DNA of 32,000 nucleotides from an uncultured Clostridium sp. (GTDB lineage Bacteria; Bacillota; Clostridia; TANB77; CAG-508): NCBI GenBank assembly GCA_900554635.1, contig USHY01000002.1, positions 1,823 to 33,822 of the forward strand, read 5' to 3'. Shown piece by piece: positions 1 to 7,143 of this stretch (position 1 is its first letter; each line of letters starts with the position of its first letter). The notes under the pieces were generated by a model. It saw only the letters and a program-made list of their open reading frames with translations, ran no database searches and was not told where the DNA came from. The position numbers and the translations under genes were made by a program.

Positions 1-469
1 CAATTATTACAGTATTTCCTGGTTGATTTAATTTAGGATTTGTTGGGTACATAACTCCAACTGCTACTTCAAGTGCTGCTGGAGATGTGTCTAATAAAAT
101 TGGATATTCTGCTTTTGTTTTTGGAATTTTGATGTATCCAGCCACTGGAAAATCTTTATAGAACTTTGTTTTTCTAATAGTTGTAGTTCCTCCTTGATTA
201 TCTGAAGATGTGTTGTTATTATTTATAGTATTTTCATCAACTGGTTTTCCTATGATGTTGTCATTATCATTTACTGTATTGTTGTCTTTATTATCATCAA
301 TTGTGTTATTTGCTTCTTCTTGCAAATCTGCTATTACTCTTTGCTTTTCTTTTTCATCTTCATAATTTTTATATGCCTTTATTGCTAAAAATGTTGCTAT
401 ACCAATGATTGCTATTATCAAAATAATTAATATTATTGTTAAAACAGTACTATATTTGCTTCTAAACAT
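1..469 (-). CDS. sortase-family transpeptidase, N-terminal part (gene runs off the window start)
   Basis: My hand translation from ATG at 469 gives MFRSKYSTVLTIILIILIIAIIGIATFLAIK (a TM anchor). A low-complexity N/D linker follows, then YIKIPKTKAEYPILLDTSPAALEVAVGVMYPTNPKLNQPGNTVII. That stretch resembles the sortase segment preceding the catalytic GH. A GGTGGG RBS lies upstream. This ORF is absent from the track because it is open-ended. Confidence 0.6.
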   Translation of the reverse strand, partial: MFRSKYSTVLTIILIILIIAIIGIATFLAIKAYKNYEDEKEKQRVIADLQEEANNTIDDNKDNNTVNDNDNIIGKPVDENTINNNNTSSDNQGGTTTIRKTKFYKDFPVAGYIKIPKTKAEYPILLDTSPAALEVAVGVMYPTNPKLNQPGNTVII

Positions 470-496
470 ATTAATCCCACCTTTTACATATACTTA

Positions 497-526
497 ATTA
501 TATCACACACTTATGTATCTTGTAAA
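497..526 (-). promoter_or_regulatory. sigma-A-type promoter candidate for the sortase gene
   Basis: The minus strand reads TTTACA (521-526), an 18-nt spacer, then TGaTATAAT (extended -10, TATAAT at 497-502), about 27 nt upstream of the start codon. Confidence 0.4.
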
Positions 527-535
527 CTATTGGGC

Positions 536-1216
536 TTAACTCATTATGGATATTTCAGCAAATTTTTCTTTTTTGAAGTTTTTATCATATTCTATGTTAT
601 CAAATATTTCTGGCATTTTTTCTTTAAAATGAATAAGTAGTGGAATCATAACTTGTTCAACTGCTGGATGTGCATGTGCATTTGCTCTTAGAGCTAGAAT
701 GTGTTTCCATTCTCTAATATTGGCTGTCATTGTAACTTGTGCTGCTGTTGAATGTGGTAAAATCATTCTCATTTGGTCTGGTGTTGCTCCAAGGCTTGCC
801 ATTTTTAAATAGTGTTTTTCTATTTCACTACATGCAGTTTTCCATTCTTCATAAATTTCTGTATTTTCATCTATATTTACTGGCTCGATAAATTTTATTT
901 CATTTTCAAATTTATCTTTTCCATAATTGCAATATCGTGTGCTTTCAATTGAAAATGATGCAATTCTGTGTCTTGTTAAATCTTTATATACACCAACATC
1001 GCATATCATTCTTATTGTAATTTTCTCATGTTCTAATATTGATTCATGTCCTCTATTTATACAGTTTTTTAAAAGTGTTTTATAGCTTTCTTCTGTTATA
1101 TTGTTTTCTGAACGATAACATGTTCTGCAAGCTCTTTCTAGGTTTTTCATTATTTTATTGTAATCAACTTTTTCTATTTCTACTACTGGTTTTACTATTT
1201 TCATTTTTTCCTCCAT
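536..1216 (-). CDS. thyX: FAD-dependent thymidylate synthase ThyX
   Basis: The ThyX signature RHR..S....S.R is present as TRHRIASFSIESTRY, and the length is typical. The internal ATG at 1204 (MKIVKP...) sits 5 nt after GGAGG and may be the true start. Confidence 0.9.
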   Translation of the reverse strand: MEEKMKIVKPVVEIEKVDYNKIMKNLERACRTCYRSENNITEESYKTLLKNCINRGHESILEHEKITIRMICDVGVYKDLTRHRIASFSIESTRYCNYGKDKFENEIKFIEPVNIDENTEIYEEWKTACSEIEKHYLKMASLGATPDQMRMILPHSTAAQVTMTANIREWKHILALRANAHAHPAVEQVMIPLLIHFKEKMPEIFDNIEYDKNFKKEKFAEISIMS

Positions 1217-1231
1217 TTAAAATTTCCCTGT

Positions 1232-1257
1232 AAAAAAAGGCACTAGCATGGTGCCTT
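1232..1257 (-). terminator. short hairpin plus U-tract immediately after the upstream ORF stop
   Basis: GGCAC (1239-1243) pairs with GTGCC (1251-1255), extended by A/T pairs. On the minus strand the stem is followed by TTTTTTT (plus-strand A-run 1232-1238). The stem is short. Confidence 0.5.
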
Positions 1258-1261
1258 TTTT

Positions 1262-2119
1262 TCATTTGTTTCTACCTTCTGGTAGTGCTGGTACATCTAT
1301 AACTATTCTAATTTTAGTTATACGTTTGATTGCTTGTACAAATTTACTTTGTTTAAATCTTTCCCATAATGATGGTTTCACTTCAAATCTTGTTTCTTCA
1401 AAGTATTCATCTATTGCTTCTTTATTTTCAACAACTTTATCAACTTTCTCTTCTTTGACTTCTTCTTTCTTTGCTTCATATACTGGTGTTGGTATTCCTC
1501 TTAGAGCTTCGGCAATTTCTATTCCTATATAGCTTAGAGCCTTTGATCTGTCTTCAATTCTTTCCATATCTATTTCAATATGTAAGTTGGTTTCTAGGTT
1601 GTTAATTCTAGCATTAACTAATTTTACAGCATCTTCGTAGTTTTCTGGAATTTTGTTTTTTGTTTTTCCGATTATTGTTAAGGCTTCTACTATATCTTCT
1701 GAAACTATTTCAGATATATCTTTTACTTTGTTTTTCCATTCTTTATCTTTATTTTGAGTTGCTTCTAATACAAGTTTTAACTCATTTGCTACATTTATAT
1801 TTTTTTCTCTTTGTCTTATTAATACTTCTATTTGTTTTGTATTTTCTTCAAATTGATTTGTAGCATATTCAACTAATTCATGTGCTGCATTATACACACT
1901 TCCAGGAAAGTTCTTTTTATTTGGATATTCAATTAAATAAATTTTAATTGAGTCTATCAAGTCTTTAAAAAAGGCATCTTCTTCTAGTTGAACTATTTGT
2001 TTTTTACTGTTTGGATTAATTAGCTTTTGTACCTTGTCAATATTAGATAATATCTTTTCTTCAGTTATTATCATCTTAACGTTTACTATGCCTCGTTTTT
2101 GTCGATTAAAAAATAGCAT
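1262..2119 (-). CDS. hypothetical K/E-rich, probably coiled-coil protein
   Basis: 285-aa ORF with a strong RBS (GGGAGGGGAG) 7 nt upstream of ATG 2119. I recognise no family. Confidence 0.6.
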   Translation of the reverse strand: MLFFNRQKRGIVNVKMIITEEKILSNIDKVQKLINPNSKKQIVQLEEDAFFKDLIDSIKIYLIEYPNKKNFPGSVYNAAHELVEYATNQFEENTKQIEVLIRQREKNINVANELKLVLEATQNKDKEWKNKVKDISEIVSEDIVEALTIIGKTKNKIPENYEDAVKLVNARINNLETNLHIEIDMERIEDRSKALSYIGIEIAEALRGIPTPVYEAKKEEVKEEKVDKVVENKEAIDEYFEETRFEVKPSLWERFKQSKFVQAIKRITKIRIVIDVPALPEGRNK

Positions 2120-2166
2120 TGTAAACTCCCCTCCCTTGTTTATATTGTAAAATTCCTCTTATTGTT

Positions 2167-2195
2167 ATTATACATTTTTTTTTCGAAAATCTCAA
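2167..2195 (-). promoter_or_regulatory. sigma-A-type promoter candidate
   Basis: The minus strand reads TTGAGA (2190-2195), a 17-nt spacer, then TATAAT (2167-2172), upstream of the 1262..2119 ORF. Confidence 0.45.
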
Positions 2196-2250
2196 TAGTT
2201 TTTTCTTTACATTTATATTACATTTTTGTTACATTTCTGTAATATTCTTG

Positions 2251-3061
2251 TCACATTTTTGTAATAATTGTACAGATTACAGCTAAACCGAAGGATTATT
2301 CTATATATAGCAAATGCTTTGAAACTTCCTTTTTTTAAGAAAGCTAGTAAGAATTTTATTACAAGAATTCCAACTAAAAAGCTGGTTAATATTCCTAGCC
2401 AGAAGGCTATACTTGTAAATTTAAAATTGCTTACATTAACTAATACTGCTGCTGCAGTTATGGGTGTTGCTAACAAAAATGAATACTTTGCAGCACCTTC
2501 TCTATCTACGCCAAGTGCTCTTGCAACTGTCATTGTTATTCCTGAGCGTGAAACCCCTGGGAATGCTGCTGCTAAACTTTGTGAAGCTCCAATTATTACT
2601 GATTGTTTTAATGTTATATCTTCATACTTTGTTTTGTTTTTTGCTTTTTTATCCACTATGTAAAGCATAATTCCCATTATAATTAATGTTATTGAAATTA
2701 TTAACATTTCTAGGTTTAAGCTTTTTTCAAAAATTTTTTCGGAAACTTTATCTAAAATCAAGCTTAATATTCCTGCTGGAATAGTTGATATTACTAAGTA
2801 CCAAAAGATTTTTCCATCTGTAGTTTTTTTCTTTTTAACAACTTGGTTGTATCCACCCACAAAAAGTCTTATCCAATCTTTAAAAAAGAATATTACCATT
2901 GCAAGTAGAGTACCGATATGTAATGATACATCAAATGCCTCTGGCATTGCTTCCCATCCTAATATCCAAGGAAATAAATTTAAATGTGCTGAACTTGATA
3001 CTGGTAAAAACTCTGTTAACCCCTGTACTATTCCTAAAATTATTGCTTGATAAATTTGCAT
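2251..3061 (-). CDS. uppP: undecaprenyl-diphosphate phosphatase UppP/BacA (requires a +1 shift at CGG 2288-2290)
   Basis: The N-terminus MQIYQAIILGIVQGLTEFLPVSSSAHL is the UppP signature. The zero-frame ORF (2213..3061) has a non-membrane-like tail (RFSCNLYNYYKNVTRILQKCNKNVI) after the in-frame CGG. Skipping the C (plus-strand base 2290) gives ...FAIYRIIL-G-LAVICTIITKM, stop TGA at 2251-2253, 269 aa. Confidence 0.85.
2288..2290 (-). other. putative +1 recoding site (in-frame CGG, resumes GGT)
   Basis: The coding strand reads ATC CTT CGG TTT AGC. Read as CTT c GGT TTA GCT it restores a hydrophobic UppP-like C-terminus. Confidence 0.5.
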
Positions 3062-3108
3062 TTTAAATTCCTCCTAATCATATGTTATGTTTGGTTTTAT
3101 TTTCTATT

Positions 3109-4257
3109 CTATTTTTTCGTGTTGTTTAGCTGTTTTGTTAAGTTATATGTATTATTCAAATATTCTTCTATCTCCAATTCTTCGGCTGTTTCTTGGTATT
3201 TACTTTTATTATTATCATGTGGTTTTGATATTTGATTTTTTATTGAAAATAGTATTGGTTCACTTTTCATTTGTGCATAGTATGTTGAATCAATTTTTAT
3301 TGCATTTTCTATGTCTTTTATTGCCTCTTCTTTTTGACTTTTCATTATGTGGATTTTAGCAAGTTCAAAGTATGCTTTGGCTTCTTTTTCGTTATACAAA
3401 GCGTTTTTAAAGTTTGTTTCCGCTTCATCAAAATCTCTATATAGTAAAGCTATTTGTCCTAGTCTGTAATATGCTAGGTACATATCCTTGTTTGTTTCTA
3501 TGGCCTTTTGGAAACAGCTTTTTGCAATATTAAAGTCATTTATTTTTGAATAACAAATTCCTAGCTCATAGTATAGTTTAGCATTGTTTGGATTATATTT
3601 TGTAGCACTGTTATATACTTCTACTGCTTTTTTATATTCGTTTTGCTCTAAGTATATTTTTCCAAGTAAGTTTGATGCTTCTAGTGTTTGTGGTCGATTT
3701 TTTAAAAGTGTTTCTAGCATTTGTGTTGCCTCTGTTTTTTTGCCAAGTTCGTTTAGCAGTACGGAAATTTTGTAGTATGAATTATAATCGTTTTTCTTTA
3801 TATCTAACACTTTTACATATTCATCTATTGCTTTTCTCATGCCACCTTCTTGCTCATATATTCGTGCTAACATTTTATGTCCTACAAAACTGTTTGGATA
3901 TTTATTTACTAAGTTAATTAATATCTTTTTTGCTTTTTTCTCTTTTCCAAACCACAACCATATTTGTGCTATCATTATTCTTAATATTTCTGAAGCATTT
4001 ATATTTCGTGATTCCAGAATTACAACTAGTATAGGTATAATTATGCAAAGTATATATAGAGTTATTGTAATTTCATTACTGTTCAAAATGTTAAAGGATA
4101 TTCTTAGTAAATTAAGTAGTAAACCTGTAGCTTGCAGTAGTAACATAAGTAAGTATGTTATATCATTTTTTCTTATCATTTTTTTGAATAGTATATGTAC
4201 AAAAAGGAAAAACGAAATAATTGTAAAAGCAATTTGTTCTAGCATAAGTGCTATCAT
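3109..4257 (-). CDS. membrane-anchored tetratricopeptide-repeat (TPR) protein
   Basis: 382 aa. The N-terminal ~90 aa contain 3 hydrophobic segments. Repeated 34-residue TPR-like units follow (e.g. ARIYEQEGGMRKAIDEYVKVLDIKKNDYNSYY, GKIYLEQNEYKKAVEVYNSATKYNPNNAKLYY). Confidence 0.75.
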   Translation of the reverse strand: MIALMLEQIAFTIISFFLFVHILFKKMIRKNDITYLLMLLLQATGLLLNLLRISFNILNSNEITITLYILCIIIPILVVILESRNINASEILRIMIAQIWLWFGKEKKAKKILINLVNKYPNSFVGHKMLARIYEQEGGMRKAIDEYVKVLDIKKNDYNSYYKISVLLNELGKKTEATQMLETLLKNRPQTLEASNLLGKIYLEQNEYKKAVEVYNSATKYNPNNAKLYYELGICYSKINDFNIAKSCFQKAIETNKDMYLAYYRLGQIALLYRDFDEAETNFKNALYNEKEAKAYFELAKIHIMKSQKEEAIKDIENAIKIDSTYYAQMKSEPILFSIKNQISKPHDNNKSKYQETAEELEIEEYLNNTYNLTKQLNNTKK

Positions 4258-4263
4258 TCCCTT

Positions 4264-4803
4264 CTATTTATTTTGATTATTGAATTTTTTTCTATAGTTT
4301 TCTATGCTTTTTTCTATTATTTCTTCTGCTTCTTTTCTTCCTAATATTTCTTCAACTACTGTTTCTCTATGTTCTAATTGTTTGTACACTTCAAAGAAGT
4401 GTTTTATTTCGCTTGATATGTGTGCTGGAATGTCTTTTATGTCTTGGTAAACATTTAGGAATGGGTCTTTTTTTGCTACTGCTATTATTTTTTCATCCCT
4501 TTGTTCATTATCTATCATTATTAGAACTCCTATTGGGTAGCACTCAACAAGTGTCATTGGATCTATGTTTTCTTCGCATAGAACTAGTACATCAAGTGGG
4601 TCATTATCTTCTGCGTATGTTCTTGGAATAAACCCATAGTTTGCAGGATAGTGTGTTGAAGTATATAATACTCTATCTAATCTTAACATTCCTGTTTCTT
4701 TGTCAAGTTCGTATTTGTTTTTACCTCCTTTAGTAATTTCTACTACTGATATAAAATCATCTTTTTTTATTCTTTCTTCGTTTATGTCATGCCATATGTT
4801 CAT
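4264..4803 (-). CDS. ppa: inorganic pyrophosphatase (family I)
   Basis: The stretch KYELDKETGMLRLDRVLYTSTHYPANYGFIPRTYAEDNDPLDVLVL matches the family I PPase core. Confidence 0.9.
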   Translation of the reverse strand: MNIWHDINEERIKKDDFISVVEITKGGKNKYELDKETGMLRLDRVLYTSTHYPANYGFIPRTYAEDNDPLDVLVLCEENIDPMTLVECYPIGVLIMIDNEQRDEKIIAVAKKDPFLNVYQDIKDIPAHISSEIKHFFEVYKQLEHRETVVEEILGRKEAEEIIEKSIENYRKKFNNQNK

Positions 4804-5299
4804 TTTTTTCTACTCCTTTTAAATATTTTTTTAGTACTATTTTTTCAAATGGTCTTTTAAGTCTTGTAAGCCATATATCTCTTGTATCTATTGGTTTAGT
4901 TAGTATTGTAAACATTTTACTTCTGTTTCCACCATATACATCTGTAAATATTTGGTCCCCAACTACAGCTATGTTTTCTGGTTTTAGTTCCAATATTTGC
5001 ATTGCTTTTCTGAATCCTTTTTTACTTGGTTTATGGGCAAAGTATAAATATTTTAATTTTAATTTTTCTGCTACTTTTTTTACCTTTTGTACTTTGTTTG
5101 TATTAGATAGGATGCACATTTTTATTCCTTGTTGTTTTAAGTTGTTACACCAGCTTTCTGTCCCTTCTAAAATATTTTTGTCGTAATCTATTATGGTGTT
5201 ATCAATATCTAATATCAAGCCTTTTATATTGTTTTTTTCTAATAGCTCAAAGGTAATTTTCTTAATATTGTCCAAATATATATTGGGATATAAAATCAT
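4787..5299 (-). CDS. yqeG: YqeG-family HAD-IIIA phosphatase
   Basis: 170 aa with HAD motif I LILDIDNTII and motif GDQIFTDV. The size and layout are typical of YqeG. Confidence 0.8.
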   Translation of the reverse strand: MILYPNIYLDNIKKITFELLEKNNIKGLILDIDNTIIDYDKNILEGTESWCNNLKQQGIKMCILSNTNKVQKVKKVAEKLKLKYLYFAHKPSKKGFRKAMQILELKPENIAVVGDQIFTDVYGGNRSKMFTILTKPIDTRDIWLTRLKRPFEKIVLKKYLKGVEKNEHMA

Positions 5300-5360
5300 T
5301 TGTCCTCCATTTTTTATTTGATAATATTTTTGCCCCTACTACTATTTCGTTGTAGGGGTT

Positions 5361-5774
5361 TTATTTACTGTTCATATATGTTTCTAATATATAAACTGCT
5401 GATATTGTGTCTACAATTTTTCTCTTGTTTTTTGGCTTAATTCCTAAGTCGTTCATTGTTTTATGTGCTTGTACAGTTGTAAGCCTTTCATCTACAGTTT
5501 GAATTTTAATTTTGTTAAATTTGCATTTTAATTTATGAATAAATTTTTGAGTTTTTTCTACTCTTTCTGTTTTTGTGCCATTCATATTAATTGGCATTCC
5601 AACAACAATTGTTGATATTTGATATTTTTGAGTTAGTTCTTCTATTTTTGCTAGAACTACTTTGTCATTTCCATTGTGATTAATTGTTTCTAACCCTTGT
5701 GCTGTGATACCTAGCTCATCTGTTATTGCTGTGCCAACTCTTGCATCTCCATAATCTATACCTAGAATTCTCAT
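5361..5774 (-). CDS. ruvX: Holliday junction resolvase-like / pre-16S rRNA nuclease RuvX (YqgF)
   Basis: The N-terminus [26 protein letters not shown] is the YqgF signature. It lies in the conserved ireB-ruvX pairing. Confidence 0.9.
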   Translation of the reverse strand: MRILGIDYGDARVGTAITDELGITAQGLETINHNGNDKVVLAKIEELTQKYQISTIVVGMPINMNGTKTERVEKTQKFIHKLKCKFNKIKIQTVDERLTTVQAHKTMNDLGIKPKNKRKIVDTISAVYILETYMNSK

Positions 5775-6028
5775 TATTCATCTAATCCTAAATAATTTTT
5801 TACCATTTTTTCAAGCAATTCATCTCTTTCAATCATTCTTATTATGTTTCTTGCTTCTTTATGGCTTGTTATATATGTTGGATCTCCAGATAAGATATAT
5901 CCAACAATTTGGTTTATTGGATTATATCCTTTTTCTTCAAGAGCTTGATACACCTCTTTTAATATCTCTTTTGTTTTTAAGTTTTTATCTTTTTCAACTT
6001 TGAAATTCATTGTTTTATCGCTTATCAT
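5774..6028 (-). CDS. ireB: IreB-family regulatory phosphoprotein (UPF0297)
   Basis: The stretch [56 protein letters not shown] is typical of IreB. I prefer the start ATG at 6028, which has GGAGGG 6 nt upstream, over the track start at 6049. Confidence 0.8.
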   Translation of the reverse strand: MISDKTMNFKVEKDKNLKTKEILKEVYQALEEKGYNPINQIVGYILSGDPTYITSHKEARNIIRMIERDELLEKMVKNYLGLDE

Positions 6029-6039
6029 TTTTATCCCTC

Positions 6040-7128
6040 CTAAATACAATTTATTGCAGATTCTGTTTTGTCTGCTTCATCTAAATAGTTTTCAAGTTTT
6101 TTTGTAACTTCTTCTATACCAGTGCCTTTATAGTATGTTCCTAATATGAAGTTGGTTTTTGGATTTGTTTCTGGCTCTTTTTTGTTTTTTGTAACAACTT
6201 GGATGCTTTCAATATCTTGTTTTAACTTTGTAACAAATTCAACTGTTTCTTGTACTTCAGCTCCAGAAAATACTATTGCAAATTTAGGTCCCATGTATCT
6301 TACAAATACATAATCTGATGAAATGCTGCTTTTTATTGTATTTGCAACTTGTATAATAACTTCTGTTCCTACTTTTCTTCCATAATTTTCGTTTATTTCT
6401 TCAATATTATTAATTATAAACATACATACTGTACTTTTTCCATATCTATCAATTGTTGTTTTCCCTTTTCCATAAATATATTCAGCTGAGTATAATCCTG
6501 TTGTTTTATCTACTCTATATATATTTTCAATTGTGTTTTGATATGATATTGTTTTTAGTACTGATATTATGTTTTCCCTTATTACCTCAAGTATGCCTGT
6601 ATCCATATTATCAAATGCATGTGCAATGTCACTTTCTATTATCCAATATCCTATATAGATGTTATCTATATACAATGGGAAGAACATTGCAGATTTTGCT
6701 CTAGTCATTTCAACTTTTTGGTAACTTAGTCTTTCATTTGGGCTATTTACTGTTACATATTTTGTCATTGCATTTTGAATGCTGTCTTGAAACATTGGGT
6801 CTGTATGAAGGTTTGTCATAGTACTCCACAATCTTTCATCAACATTTGTTGCTTTAAGTATATATTCTGCTCCATTAAACACAACTATACTTGAATATTT
6901 TATGTTGTATTTTTCTATAAGTATGTCATTAATTATTTTTATTTTATTTTCTGCTGAAGTGTTTTGTCCTATTGTATCCATAAAGTCTTGAAGTACTCTT
7001 AAGTTTGCAATTTTTTCATGTGTATTACTTAGACCTTTTATTTTTTTATATGTTGATAAATTATATAGTACAAGTGCTACAACAATTCCAACAAGAACTA
7101 CTATAACAACAATTAATCCTATATCCAA
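6040..7128 (-). CDS. membrane-anchored GAF-like sensor with a degenerate GGDEF domain
   Basis: There is an N-terminal TM segment ([20 protein letters not shown]). A GAF-like middle ends in [18 protein letters not shown]. The C-terminal GGDEF fold is recognisable from DKTTGLYS and [19 protein letters not shown]. The active-site GG(D/E)EF is replaced by MGPKF ([11 protein letters not shown]), and the metal-binding DxD position reads INN. Confidence 0.55.
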   Translation of the reverse strand: MDIGLIVVIVVLVGIVVALVLYNLSTYKKIKGLSNTHEKIANLRVLQDFMDTIGQNTSAENKIKIINDILIEKYNIKYSSIVVFNGAEYILKATNVDERLWSTMTNLHTDPMFQDSIQNAMTKYVTVNSPNERLSYQKVEMTRAKSAMFFPLYIDNIYIGYWIIESDIAHAFDNMDTGILEVIRENIISVLKTISYQNTIENIYRVDKTTGLYSAEYIYGKGKTTIDRYGKSTVCMFIINNIEEINENYGRKVGTEVIIQVANTIKSSISSDYVFVRYMGPKFAIVFSGAEVQETVEFVTKLKQDIESIQVVTKNKKEPETNPKTNFILGTYYKGTGIEEVTKKLENYLDEADKTESAINCI

Positions 7129-7143
7129 TTTTTTTCACCTCTT

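Noticed and set aside
5333-5358. The GC-rich hairpin (cccctac ... gtagggg) just after the ruvX stop as a rho-independent terminator.
   Set aside because: On the coding (minus) strand the stem is followed by an A-rich tract, not a U-rich one. The T-tract lies on the plus strand, where there are no genes. It may be an RNA stability or processing element, but I cannot support a terminator call.
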